NCBI GenBank assembly: GCA_041662625.1
Contig: JBAZSB010000001.1
Span: 118,467-182,466, forward strand
Direction: 5' to 3'
Source of the DNA: Patescibacteria group bacterium
GTDB taxonomy: Bacteria > Patescibacteriota > Patescibacteriia > Buchananbacterales > UBA6539
DNA length: 64,000 nt
Below are positions 36,725 through 46,069 of the stretch, piece after piece. The notes beneath the pieces were generated by a model. That model was not told where the DNA came from, made no database searches, and saw only the letters and a program-made list of their open reading frames with translations. Position numbers and translations under genes: made by a program. Within the stretch, counting starts at the first letter, position 1. Every line of letters starts with the position of its first letter.

Positions 36725-36892
36725 CTACAAGGAACTTAGGCTATCGCCATAGATACCACTTGGCCGCCGACCAATGATCCAAGCACCGAATTCCCAGAGA
36801 AATACCCCTAGAGCGATGGCGAGAACAGCGATCGTCACGCCGGCAATAAAAAGGAATTCGGACAGAGTTAGTCTGTGATTGGTTGTTGGCAT
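36725..36892 (-). CDS. Small single-TM membrane protein (55 aa), third gene of a mini-protein operon
   Basis: MPTTNHRLTLSEFLFIAGVTIAVLAIALGVFLW...; SD gggaga; start 5 nt after the previous stop. Confidence 0.5.
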   Translation of the reverse strand: MPTTNHRLTLSEFLFIAGVTIAVLAIALGVFLWEFGAWIIGRRPSGIYGDSLSSL

Positions 36893-36896
36893 CTTT

Positions 36897-37124
36897 CTAC
36901 ATCTCCCACTTGGAAGAGCCGTGTGGCGATTGGGGTGGGTACGGGAACTCGTCACGGGCGACGTTTTCCCAGATTGAGCAAACCCGGTCAAAGAGCCACG
37001 ATAACGCCAGCCCCAGAGCCAGTACAATGCCGAAGGCTTGTCGTCTGACTAGAACTAGCAGACTCGCGCCGACGGCAAGTAGAATTATAACAATTGCCGT
37101 CCAGGTGGTAATGTCTCTTACCAT
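36897..37124 (-). CDS. Small two-TM membrane protein (75 aa), second gene of the operon
   Basis: MVRDITTWTAIVIILLAVGASLLVLV...; SD aagggagga; ATG 2 nt after the upstream stop (tga tc atg). Confidence 0.5.
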   Translation of the reverse strand: MVRDITTWTAIVIILLAVGASLLVLVRRQAFGIVLALGLALSWLFDRVCSIWENVARDEFPYPPQSPHGSSKWEM

Positions 37125-37126
37125 GA

Positions 37127-37276
37127 TCAGTCCTCCCTTATGACCAGAATGCCAAGGCCGCCAAAACAGATGGCACCTACATTCAGGCCGGCTACAATGA
37201 CTAGTACGGCTAGGTGTTTGGCTAGCCAAACTATTATTGCTGCTTGCCACAGAGCAATAAAAAGATCTCCTATCAT
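37127..37276 (-). CDS. Small hydrophobic protein (49 aa), first gene of the operon
   Basis: MIGDLFIALWQAAIIVWLAKHLAVLVIVAGL...; SD ggaggg 8 nt upstream. Confidence 0.5.
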   Translation of the reverse strand: MIGDLFIALWQAAIIVWLAKHLAVLVIVAGLNVGAICFGGLGILVIRED

Positions 37277-37344
37277 AATCAAGCCCTCCGTTGTTGTCCA
37301 CTGCAGTGAGCTTAGATAATTTATAGAAAAAAGTCAATTATAGA

Positions 37345-37385
37345 TATAGAAAAACCCGGCGGTCGCAGGGCGACGTCGGGTGTGA
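37345..37385 (-). terminator. Compound GC hairpin + TTTTT terminating the upstream mono-cistronic small gene
   Basis: cccgacgtcgccctgcgaccgccggg + ttttt on the - strand. Confidence 0.5.
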
Positions 37386-37415
37386 ATCTTCCCTCGGTTC
37401 ATCAAGGAGTTTTCC

Positions 37416-37562
37416 TCAAATTCCTTTGGGCGGAGTGTACCAGTGTTTTGGTCTCACAAAACCAATGAGCAGGTCGGACCAAGCCATCGGCGGCCATGTC
37501 AACCAAAGGTTGAACGCGACAATGGCTAACACTCCAACTATTACCGCAATGATCCACCACAT
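37416..37562 (-). CDS. Small hydrophobic protein (48 aa), mono-cistronic
   Basis: MWWIIAVIVGVLAIVAFNLWLTWPP...; SD ggaggg 8 nt upstream; TTGACT-17-TAAGAT promoter near 37700. Confidence 0.5.
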   Translation of the reverse strand: MWWIIAVIVGVLAIVAFNLWLTWPPMAWSDLLIGFVRPKHWYTPPKGI

Positions 37563-37818
37563 ATCTGTACCCTCCAAGGGTTGCCCTTTCTACTGTAGAG
37601 AATTATTCCCAACAAATAGGGTAGTTCTCCCGGAAGGATATCATCATTAGCGAATGCAAAAGCTATCTATTTTTAATCTTAAGCCTATTGGAAGAAAAAG
37701 TCAATTTATCCTCCTACCTTTTAATTATTTTATAAAAGATAACTCCATAGATTGATAAATGATTTCAATTTGATTTTAAAGTATCAAAGGTGGGAGGATT
37801 TATCCCCAAAAAGAGCTT

Positions 37819-37848
37819 GACATAATAATTGATTGCGGTATAATATAT
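37819..37848 (+). promoter_or_regulatory. Near-perfect sigma70 promoter TTGACA-N16/17-TATAAT for the def-fmt transcription unit
   Basis: agcTTGACAtaataattgattgcggTATAAT. Confidence 0.65.
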
Positions 37849-37923
37849 TTTTCAAAACCAAATTTCTCCCAAAAGTTACCGGGAGTTTTTAATTTTCTAA
37901 CAAAAATAACAACAAAAAATAAA

Positions 37924-38061
37924 ATGCCAAAAGACAATCAATCAACCGTTGATCAGCTGAAATTTTTTCTGACTTTGCAGCTGGAAGCTTACCAAAGAAA
38001 CGACCAGCCACTTTATCAGCAGCTGGAAGAAAAAATTTTGGATCTAGAAAAAAAATTATAG
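37924..38061 (+). CDS. Possible 45-aa leader ORF between the promoter and def
   Basis: ATG ORF MPKDNQSTVDQLKFFLTLQLEAYQRNDQPLYQQLEEKILDLEKKL. Confidence 0.25.
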   Translation: MPKDNQSTVDQLKFFLTLQLEAYQRNDQPLYQQLEEKILDLEKKL

Positions 38062-38102
38062 TTTTAAGCTAAGCTATGCTATAATATAAGCAGGTTTTAA
38101 TT

Positions 38103-38627
38103 ATGTCTAAGTTGCTGCCCATAAAAATTTATCCCTGTCAGGTTTTACGCCAGAAATCAGAGGAACTAAAAACCGAAGAGCTGCATCAATCCGAGATTAA
38201 GCAGCTTATTTTGGATATGGAAAAAACCATGCGGGAAAAAGATGGTGTCGGTTTGGCTGCTCCCCAGGTGGGAGTTAATAAAAGGATTGTCGCGATTGAA
38301 ATTGCCGCGGATAACCCACGTTATCCCGGTCATTCCCCGGTTTCGTCATTAGTTCTCATTAATCCAAAAATTTTAAGAAAGTCATGGAAAAAAGAAATCA
38401 TGGAAGAAGGCTGTTTGAGCCTGCCTGAGATTTTTGGTCTGGTTAAACGTTCAGCCAAAATCACCGTAGTTGCCTTGGACCGTAATGGCAAAAAAATAAC
38501 CTTCAAGGCTTCGGGAATGTTTGCCCGGGTGGTGCAACATGAAGTTGATCATCTTGATGGAGTTTTGTTTATTGATCGAGCCAAGGAGATTGTTAAGGGA
38601 AAAGAAAAATTAAAGAAGATGAATTAG
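38103..38627 (+). CDS. def: Peptide deformylase
   Basis: GLAAPQVG, EGCLSLP, HEVDHLDG motifs. Confidence 0.9.
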   Translation: MSKLLPIKIYPCQVLRQKSEELKTEELHQSEIKQLILDMEKTMREKDGVGLAAPQVGVNKRIVAIEIAADNPRYPGHSPVSSLVLINPKILRKSWKKEIMEEGCLSLPEIFGLVKRSAKITVVALDRNGKKITFKASGMFARVVQHEVDHLDGVLFIDRAKEIVKGKEKLKKMN

Positions 38628-38632
38628 GAATT

Positions 38633-39583
38633 ATGAATATGGAAGTTTCAAAGTCAAAAATTGTTTTTCTCGGCACGCCTGAGTTTGCTATGCCAATCTT
38701 GCAGGCTTTAATTGGCAATAATTATAAGCTAGCCTTAGTTATTACTCAGCCGGATAAACCAGCAGGACGTAAACAAGAATTAATTCCCCCACCGATTAAA
38801 GTTTTAGCTCAGAAAAATAATCTGGCAATTGCCCAGCCAAATAATAAAAAAGAATTAGCCGCTATCTTTGAACAGAATAAATTTGATCTGGCAGTATTAG
38901 CGGCCTATGGCATGATTATTCCTGACGAAATTTTGACCAAACCGAAGTTTGGTTTTTTAAATATTCATCCTTCGCTTTTGCCGAAGTATCGTGGCTCTTC
39001 ACCAATTCAATCAGCAATTTTGACCGGCGACAAAAAAACTGGCGTTAGCATCATTCAGCTTGCCAAAAAGATTGATGCCGGTCCGATAGTAGCCCAAGCA
39101 GAGACGGAAATTGAACCTCAAGACAATGTCGAAATACTAAGCCAGAAATTAGCGGAATTGGGTGGGCAGTTGCTAATTGAAACTATACCGGGTTATCTGA
39201 AAGGTGAGGTTAAATTACGGCCGCAAAACGAAACCGAAGCCACTTTTACTAAGATGATTGAACGCGAAGATGGCCTGATAAATTGGCAAAAAACAGCCAG
39301 TCAAATAGAACGGCAATTTCGGGCTTTTTACCCTTGGCCAGGTGTATTTACCCACTTGGCGGGCAAACGCCTTAAAATCGCAAATTTAGGCGTTTTAGAG
39401 GGTGATTTTAAGCCTAATCTAGGTCCAGGGACGGTATTTTTAGGGCCAAATCAAACCTTGGCAGTTAAATGTGGTCAGGGCGCAGTTGAACTTAAGGCGG
39501 TCCAGCTTGAAGGTAAAAAAGAACTGCTCGGCAAAGAATTTTTACGCGGGCAGAAAGAGTTGATTGGAAAGATTTTGGAATAA
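38633..39583 (+). CDS. fmt: Methionyl-tRNA formyltransferase
   Basis: N-terminal formyltransferase core + C-terminal domain; def-fmt synteny. Confidence 0.9.
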   Translation: MNMEVSKSKIVFLGTPEFAMPILQALIGNNYKLALVITQPDKPAGRKQELIPPPIKVLAQKNNLAIAQPNNKKELAAIFEQNKFDLAVLAAYGMIIPDEILTKPKFGFLNIHPSLLPKYRGSSPIQSAILTGDKKTGVSIIQLAKKIDAGPIVAQAETEIEPQDNVEILSQKLAELGGQLLIETIPGYLKGEVKLRPQNETEATFTKMIEREDGLINWQKTASQIERQFRAFYPWPGVFTHLAGKRLKIANLGVLEGDFKPNLGPGTVFLGPNQTLAVKCGQGAVELKAVQLEGKKELLGKEFLRGQKELIGKILE

Positions 39584-39584
39584 A

Positions 39585-39730
39585 TTTGAATTTCGAATTT
39601 TTAATTTTGAATCAATTTTTAATATTCGAATATTATAATATTGAATTGAAATTCGACCATTCGACTCCGCTCAGGTCGCCTCGAGCAAGCGAAGCGAGTC
39701 GAGAGGCGAAATTAAAAATTTAAAATTTTA
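39585..39730. repeat. Intergenic composite repeat, copy 2 (inverted relative to copy 1), between convergent fmt and the phosphatase gene
   Basis: rc matches 32497-32650 including the GC hairpin tcgactcgcttcgcttgctcgaggcgacctgagcggagtcga. Confidence 0.75.
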
Positions 39731-40262
39731 AAATATATTGCCAGCCTGGTTGCCAGGCTTTTTTGTTTCGCCAGTCTTGGGCAATCGCTTGTGCCCAAGT
39801 TTTTTTATTTAGGATAACTTCCAAGGCCAGTTGCGGCGCTTGGTGAGCGACTAAAGCAATATTTTTGCCGTCGTAATTTTCTTTAAGAAAATTTAAGAAA
39901 CCAGTAATTCGTTTTTCAACATCTGAATAACTTTCGCCATTAGGAAATGGTTTGTCAACATAAGCGACCAAGTTATTTTTAAAGTCATCAGGCTTTTGGG
40001 TAAAATCGCCGTAGTTAATTTCTCTTAGTCTTTTGTCAGAAATGATTTTATGTTTAGCACCAAAAGCCAGCTGAGCTGAATCAACAGCTCTTTTTAGATC
40101 AGAACAAAATATGGCGTCGAAGTTTTTGGGCGTGACCAATTGGCCCAATTCTTTCATCTGGCTTTTACCCAGTTCGGATAATTCCCCGTCCTGCCAGCCA
40201 GTAGCCAAACCCTTCTCGTTATCAGTAGTGGTGCCGTGGACAAAGTAAGTAATTTTAATCAT
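39720..40262 (-). CDS. Histidine phosphatase (phosphoglycerate-mutase-like) family protein
   Basis: KITYFVHGTT...RHG-type catalytic motif; 180 aa. Confidence 0.7.
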   Translation of the reverse strand: MIKITYFVHGTTTDNEKGLATGWQDGELSELGKSQMKELGQLVTPKNFDAIFCSDLKRAVDSAQLAFGAKHKIISDKRLREINYGDFTQKPDDFKNNLVAYVDKPFPNGESYSDVEKRITGFLNFLKENYDGKNIALVAHQAPQLALEVILNKKTWAQAIAQDWRNKKAWQPGWQYILKF

Positions 40263-41745
40263 GGATATTTAATATTGTTGAGACTAGCATAATATAGCTG
40301 ATCCCTAATGGGTGGTTAAGATAAGGTGAAAATATGTTGGTGATGCAAAGGGCAGTCAGGCCAAGGAGTAGGCCAGGAAATAGAAGGTAGGAATTAGGAA
40401 GTAGGTCGATATTCTTGATTCTTGATTCTTGATTCTTGATTCTTTTTAGCCCTTGATAAAATATCATCCCAATTAAGGCCAGATAAATTAACAATCCCAC
40501 CAACCCGAGCTTTAGAACAATATCCAAATATCCCCATTCAAAAGCATAGGTGGTATAAATACCGCCGGGGTGAGTTTTTAAAATCCGGGGGTCATTACTT
40601 TGATAAGTTAATTCTTTGCCAAAACCATAGCCGAATAAAGCCTGCTGGCCGATATTATAAAGTAATGGCTGAAGCTGGTTTAAGCGGCTGATGCCAGCAG
40701 CTTCACCTTGGAGATTTCCGAACCGATCCGCAATAACATTACCGGCAAAGTTGCCGCTGACCAGCTGGATTAGAAATACTTGGGAGGCAAAGGTTACTGC
40801 CAAAATAATTATTAATAAAGCGGTTTTTTTGATTCTAAAGTTAAATTTCCACCAGCTAAAAATTAAAAGTCCAAAGATGGCGACTGCTCCCCCAACCCAA
40901 AAACTGCGCGATTGGCTGATAATTATTGTTAAGCTAATCAGGTAAAGATAAATGGCGGGCAAAAGATACTTTTTCCATTCCTTAAGTCGGGAGTTAGCAA
41001 TTAAAATCGTCAGGACAATCAGAAAGCCGATTAGGCAATAAAGCTGGGATTGGAAAAAAATGCGAAACATGGTGCCGGAAATGTAAGTGATTTCCCCTAC
41101 TCCGCTGTCGCGCAGCCATTTGTAAAAAAAACCGCCAATGCCGGCGAAATTATGGGAGAATAAAAAAAGCACGCTGATTGTTTTTAATGCCAAATAGGTT
41201 GTGGCGCCGGTTAAAACCTGCAAAATGTTTTCAATTGTTTGTTTATTATTGATGACATTAAAAAAGACAAAAATTAAAGCAAAATAAAGCCAAGCATTGG
41301 CGTCGAAGAAGACGTTGGCGGGTTGATTATGACTAAAGCCATTAATAGCACCAAGCAAGATGGTGATAAAGAGCAAGGAGTAAAGAATCAAGGGGTTAGA
41401 ATTAAGAATTAAGGAAAGGCTACCCTTAACTCTTAATTCCTTATTCTTAATTCTAGTAAACAGCCAGACTACCAAAAGCACCAAAAATAATCCCATTCTG
41501 ATTGACACCGTAATGCCACCTAAATTCAGGTCAAACAAATGGCCATGGCCGCCGACAAAAAGTTCTGCCAGTAAAGCATAAAAGCCATATTCTAGTTTTA
41601 TTATCGAAAGAATCAAAACGGCACCTAAAATAACAAAAAAAGCCACCGGTCCAAGTGGCGATAAAAGATAAGCTATTAAAGAAAAAAGTTCAGTAAAAAT
41701 TAAAAGTAAGATTGTGAGTGATGATAGCTTGCTGAAGAGATTCAT
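40255..41745 (-). CDS. Polytopic membrane protein, O-antigen ligase/polymerase (Wzy/WaaL)-like; coding sequence contains heptamer tandem repeats
   Basis: At least 10 TM; (aagaatc)n at 40411-40445 and gaattaag repeats at 41386-41455 translated in frame. Confidence 0.5.
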   Translation of the reverse strand: MNLFSKLSSLTILLLIFTELFSLIAYLLSPLGPVAFFVILGAVLILSIIKLEYGFYALLAELFVGGHGHLFDLNLGGITVSIRMGLFLVLLVVWLFTRIKNKELRVKGSLSLILNSNPLILYSLLFITILLGAINGFSHNQPANVFFDANAWLYFALIFVFFNVINNKQTIENILQVLTGATTYLALKTISVLFLFSHNFAGIGGFFYKWLRDSGVGEITYISGTMFRIFFQSQLYCLIGFLIVLTILIANSRLKEWKKYLLPAIYLYLISLTIIISQSRSFWVGGAVAIFGLLIFSWWKFNFRIKKTALLIIILAVTFASQVFLIQLVSGNFAGNVIADRFGNLQGEAAGISRLNQLQPLLYNIGQQALFGYGFGKELTYQSNDPRILKTHPGGIYTTYAFEWGYLDIVLKLGLVGLLIYLALIGMIFYQGLKRIKNQESRIKNIDLLPNSYLLFPGLLLGLTALCITNIFSPYLNHPLGISYIMLVSTILNIHD

Positions 41746-41840
41746 GGCTTTATTTTAGCCTAAAATAGTCAGGAAAACAAGGAATGAAAAAACGCCAGCC
41801 GATCCCAAGTGGAATCAGTGGCGTTGACGGTAAGTTTTCT

Positions 41841-42224
41841 TCAGCCAAAGATGGCTTTGAAGGCAGCCGGAATATCTAGCAACCGTAAACCATCTTCTCC
41901 TTTCCGGAATCTTTTTTCCTCATCTTCGGTGATTGGACTTGCCTTCTTTTGTCTTTTGCTTAATCCCGGATCAAGCTTTGGAGTTGCCTCCGCTTCCCGA
42001 GACGAAGGTTGAGTATTGGGTAGTACCGCGTTAGCGATAACACCCATCACTGCTCGAAAAATCTCTCCTCGAGCACTCTCTGCATCTTTCCCCAATTCTC
42101 GAGGATCAACCATGGCACAACCCTTAAAATTCACCAGGGGTTGGCCGCATTGACAATGGGTAATCTCAAGAACATCTCGAGGTTCTTGTCCTTCCGCTCC
42201 ACATCTTGGGCAAGATATCCTCAT
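41841..42224 (-). CDS. Hypothetical zinc-ribbon protein (127 aa) in a GC-rich island
   Basis: CPRCG...CQCG four-Cys ribbon; SD ggtgagg before internal ATG; ORF opens further upstream at 42365. Confidence 0.4.
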   Translation of the reverse strand: MRISCPRCGAEGQEPRDVLEITHCQCGQPLVNFKGCAMVDPRELGKDAESARGEIFRAVMGVIANAVLPNTQPSSREAEATPKLDPGLSKRQKKASPITEDEEKRFRKGEDGLRLLDIPAAFKAIFG

Positions 42225-42457
42225 AGTAACCTCACCTTTCTTGCTTGGTTTGTACCTTTTGTTCCTTTCTGTTTGTACCCCCATTATCGCCTTGTCATAT
42301 TTAGTTAAAAAAGTCAATAATTGACCAATAAAAAATACAGCCCCAACTTCAGCTGTCTTCTCCACCGAGGGCGGAAAAAACTGCCAAAGAAGGGGCTGGG
42401 TAATGCTTACTGCAATGCCGGTTCAAACCGGTGACTCACGCGACGAGCTGTCGTGCG

Positions 42458-42955
42458 TTAAGCCACGGTAAGGACCGGCGCCGGCGCATACCCGATGATC
42501 AGGCTTGATCCCGGTGCCGGACTGGCGACGAGCGAACTCCCAACGAAAGAACTTCCGATATCTGCGTACGCGGCTTCGACGACGGCGAAATGGTACGCAT
42601 CGGGGTGTGTGGCCGGGACTACGACAGCGGCCATGGTTCTCGTGCCGGCGATGTATGACACATCGCCGGTTCTCATCAACTCAACGTCCACGCGGTTCGC
42701 CGTAATATTGGCTGTGCTCTTCGAAAGGGCCGTGCTCGTCCCAATGTCTACATCGGGCCGGGCGGAAATCGTCAACAGGTAATCGCCAGCGGTCGCAGCG
42801 TACGTTTCGGGCGTGACCGTCAACAGGGGGGTAATCGCGGCAGGCTGTACCACGAGGGCTTCGATCGCAGCGTTCGGCGCGGTCTTCGCGGAAGCCGGGG
42901 TGGCCAGGACGAGCATAATCGTAAACGCAATCAACAGCACGGTACATCGTTTCAT
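42458..42955 (-). CDS. Secreted Ala/Thr/Val-rich hypothetical protein (165 aa) in a GC-rich (about 60%) island
   Basis: Signal peptide MKRCTVLLIAFTIMLVLATPASA; SD agagagg; TTGACA -35 upstream. Confidence 0.45.
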   Translation of the reverse strand: MKRCTVLLIAFTIMLVLATPASAKTAPNAAIEALVVQPAAITPLLTVTPETYAATAGDYLLTISARPDVDIGTSTALSKSTANITANRVDVELMRTGDVSYIAGTRTMAAVVVPATHPDAYHFAVVEAAYADIGSSFVGSSLVASPAPGSSLIIGYAPAPVLTVA

Positions 42956-43396
42956 AGGGACCTCTCTTTCTGATTCGCGTTCCATCTAAGGGACGCAGTC
43001 CTTGTCAACTTCGTTCCGTTTTTGACGCTTGGTGCCAATCTGCCGTTGGCGTTTCTCCTCCTTTCGATCTAGCTTCTTTATCCGAAGCGGATTGGGCTTC
43101 AGTAAGAAGCTAGGGTTGCCAATCTTGGATCAGCCTCCTTTCTCCAGGGCCGCGCTGGTAACACAAGCGGCTGTCACGGCATTCTTCGTAGCCATGATTT
43201 GGAGAACCTCCAGGTACTGTAGAAGCGGCGACATTGCCGCCACAGGTTGGTTGTATACTAACCTATTTTTACCAAAAAGTCAATTTTTGGGGAATTTTTA
43301 GCTAAATTTATTTAAAATAAAAAGTCCCAGCGGTTTTGTGGCACTGGGTGATTCTAATTGGTTATTTTTTAAGTGTAGGAATTATGGTTTCCTGAT

Positions 43397-44185
43397 TCAG
43401 TTTTTACCAAAACCATGTTTACTAAAATAATACCAGGCGCTTTTGAAAAAAGTTATTTGGTTTTTCCAGGGCACTTCTTTTTTGAAGCTTTGGCCGCCAT
43501 AATGGATGATTTCAGTTTCGGGATTATACCAAACTTGCCAGCCCGCCGATTTGGCGCGTTTACATAAGTCGACTTCCTCAAACCAAGTGAAGAAATTTTC
43601 ATCAAACATGCCAATTTCATCAATCAGTTGGCGCCGGATCATAAAAAAACTGCCCGCCACTTGATCAACCGGCTGGGCGATTTTGTAATCAAAATCTTTG
43701 GCTAAATAATTATAAACCGGCGGGATGTTTGGAATAATTTTGGCAATTTTGGTGAAGATAAAAAACAGGGCAAAAAAATTGGGAAAGCGCCGAACCGAAG
43801 GCTGCAAAGTCCAATCCGGGTTAAGATGCTTGCAGCCGGCAATGCCAATCTGGGGATTTCTTTTCATAAAGTCAACCATTTTTTGCAAAGCATCTTTAAT
43901 GATTTTAGTATCCGGATTTAAAGCCAAAATAAACTGGCCTTGGCTTTTCAAAATCCCCTGGTTGTTGGCTGTAGCAAAACCTAAATTATTGGAATTAGGA
44001 ATCAGTTTAACCTGGGTGAATTCTTTTTTTATCATTTCCACTGTCCCATCATTTGAGGCATTATCAGCAACAATTATTTCGAATTCCAATTTGCCCTGAT
44101 GCTTAAAAATAGACAGCAGGCATTCCTTCAGCAGTTTTTTGACATTCCAAGAAACAATGATGATGGATAGGTCGGTCGTGGACAT
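43397..44185 (-). CDS. Glycosyltransferase family 2
   Basis: IIVSWNVK...ADNASNDGT, NPDT; 262 aa. Confidence 0.85.
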   Translation of the reverse strand: MSTTDLSIIIVSWNVKKLLKECLLSIFKHQGKLEFEIIVADNASNDGTVEMIKKEFTQVKLIPNSNNLGFATANNQGILKSQGQFILALNPDTKIIKDALQKMVDFMKRNPQIGIAGCKHLNPDWTLQPSVRRFPNFFALFFIFTKIAKIIPNIPPVYNYLAKDFDYKIAQPVDQVAGSFFMIRRQLIDEIGMFDENFFTWFEEVDLCKRAKSAGWQVWYNPETEIIHYGGQSFKKEVPWKNQITFFKSAWYYFSKHGFGKN

Positions 44186-44187
44186 TT

Positions 44188-44275
44188 TAGGAATTAGGAA
44201 TTAGGAATTAGGAATTAGGGTTTTGATATGCTTCCCTAATTCATAATTCTTAATTTATGATTCTTGATTTTAATA
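44188..44275. repeat. (GGAATTA)x5 heptamer tandem array (= TAATTCC on the - strand) abutting the GT2 start codon, followed by degenerate taattc/tgattct units
   Basis: ggaattaggaattaggaattaggaattaggg at 44191-44220. Confidence 0.8.
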
Positions 44276-44947
44276 AACCTCTTCTCGCCCAATCTCCCGC
44301 CACTCCCCTTCCTTTAAGTCCCCTAATTCCAATTTACCGATTCTGATTCTTTTTAATTTTACCACGTTATAGCCCAGCCTGCCCAGCATTCGTCTGATTT
44401 GGCGGTTGATTCCTTCATGTAAAATTATTTTGGCCGATTTATTTTTGCTCATTATCACTTTAATCGGCTGCAATTTTTTGCCGCTAATCATCATTCCCCT
44501 CTCTAATTTTTTTATATCTTCTGGCCTTAAGTCTTGATCCAAAACAACGAAGTATTCTTTGCTTGACTGGTAGCGGGGGTGAGTAATTTGGTTGGCAAAT
44601 TCGCCGTCATTAGTCAAAAGAATCAAGCCGCTTGAGTCTTTATCGAGTCGGCCGACCGGGTAAAGTCGCTGTTTTGATTTAACCAAATCTAAGATTGATT
44701 TACCCTGGGTTCGGTCGGTGCTGCAGATATAGCCAGTCGGTTTATTAAGGGCAATATAGATCCTCAGTGGTTTTACCTTCAGGATTTTTCCTTTAAACTC
44801 CACGGTGTCGAGCTTTTCATCGACTTTAGTTCCTAGCTCGGTTGTGATTTTGCCGTTTACCTTGATTTGGCCCGCCTCGATCAGTTTTTCCGCCTGGCGG
44901 CGTGAAGTAATTCCGGCAGCCGCTAAAAATTTTTGCAGCCTCATCAT
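44270..44947 (-). CDS. rRNA pseudouridine synthase, RsuA/RluB family (S4 + PUS domains)
   Basis: S4 domain N-terminus, catalytic GRLDKDSSGLILLTND; 225 aa. Confidence 0.85.
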   Translation of the reverse strand: MMRLQKFLAAAGITSRRQAEKLIEAGQIKVNGKITTELGTKVDEKLDTVEFKGKILKVKPLRIYIALNKPTGYICSTDRTQGKSILDLVKSKQRLYPVGRLDKDSSGLILLTNDGEFANQITHPRYQSSKEYFVVLDQDLRPEDIKKLERGMMISGKKLQPIKVIMSKNKSAKIILHEGINRQIRRMLGRLGYNVVKLKRIRIGKLELGDLKEGEWREIGREEVY

Positions 44948-45393
44948 AATTTTATTTTATTCCATTTTACGTAGTTGCTAAGTAGCTGGCGCAGGGCAGG
45001 GTGAAATAATTTTTTAATATTTTTTGGAGTCAGCTTTATCCATTTAAACTCAGTATGCTCGTCAGAAATTTTAATTTGGCCCGCAAGATGTTTAGCTTCA
45101 AATAAAATATAAAGTCGTTCATGCTCAAAACTATAACGATATTTTGCCAGTGATACCGGATCAAGTCGCAATTTGTATTTAATTGGTCCGCACTCTTCCC
45201 TGATTTCTCGGCGGATAATTTTTTGAAAATCAGTATTGATTTCGTCAAAATCAATCGTGCCGCCCGGTAGATCATACCTGCCGCAAAAATATTTGCTTTT
45301 GGAAAGTGATTTTAAAATTAAAAATCTGTTATGTTTGTCCCAAATAGCAGCTTTTACCGAAATATAAAACAAAGCTCGTTTTTTTAGATTCAT
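44944..45393 (-). CDS. NUDIX hydrolase
   Basis: Nudix box GG..DFDE...REIREECG. Confidence 0.8.
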   Translation of the reverse strand: MNLKKRALFYISVKAAIWDKHNRFLILKSLSKSKYFCGRYDLPGGTIDFDEINTDFQKIIRREIREECGPIKYKLRLDPVSLAKYRYSFEHERLYILFEAKHLAGQIKISDEHTEFKWIKLTPKNIKKLFHPALRQLLSNYVKWNKIKL

Positions 45394-46067
45394 AAATTAT
45401 GTTTTTCTTTAATAATTTTTTCCGCCTCTTTGTATTGCCTGACTTTTTTTAGCCAAGGTAATTTATAGGCAACGCTGGGTAGCCAATTGCTCATCGTGCC
45501 GCCAGGTTTGACCGTAAATAAAACTTGGTTGATAAAAAGTCCTTTATGCCCCCGCTTTAGCATCGTCAGCCATAAATCCCAGTCCTGGAACCTTTTTAAT
45601 TTTTTATCAAAACCGGGGAAATGTTTTTGCCTAATCAAAGAAGTGGTATGGATATAAGGCATTGTTTTTAATCGTTTGGGATCAAAGGGCCAAAGCTTGA
45701 AAGTCTTGCGGCCAAATTTAAATGATGAATAAACGTATGAGGCACCCTGTTTTTTCCGGAGAGCTTTAGTCATTATCTCAAGCATTTTTGGGGTCATCAC
45801 GATATCGGCATCACAAAAAATTAGAAATTGGCCCCGGCTGATTTTGGCTCCGGCGTTTCTGGCCCCACCCGCCCCTTGGTTTGGCTGATTGACAATAGTA
45901 ATCTGCCTTTGGTATTTTTGCAGAATTTTTAAGCTGTTATCCGTGCTGCCATCATTAACAGCGATAACTTCGAAACTTCTGAAGGTTTGGCTAAAAACGC
46001 TGGCTAAACATTTTTCCAGCGTCTTTTGGGCATTATAAACAGGGATGATGATGCTGATTTGGGGCAT
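45390..46067 (-). CDS. Glycosyltransferase family 2
   Basis: ISIIIPVYNA...AVNDGSTDNS, DAD motif. Confidence 0.8.
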   Translation of the reverse strand: MPQISIIIPVYNAQKTLEKCLASVFSQTFRSFEVIAVNDGSTDNSLKILQKYQRQITIVNQPNQGAGGARNAGAKISRGQFLIFCDADIVMTPKMLEIMTKALRKKQGASYVYSSFKFGRKTFKLWPFDPKRLKTMPYIHTTSLIRQKHFPGFDKKLKRFQDWDLWLTMLKRGHKGLFINQVLFTVKPGGTMSNWLPSVAYKLPWLKKVRQYKEAEKIIKEKHNL

Positions 46068-46069
46068 AA

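Noticed and set aside
36883-37650. Plus-strand ORFs 36883-37143 and 37426-37650, and the long minus ORFs 36725-37027 / 36897-37337 as drawn
   Set aside because: The long ORFs fuse unrelated upstream sequence to the real SD-preceded internal starts; plus-strand ORFs are antisense shadows.
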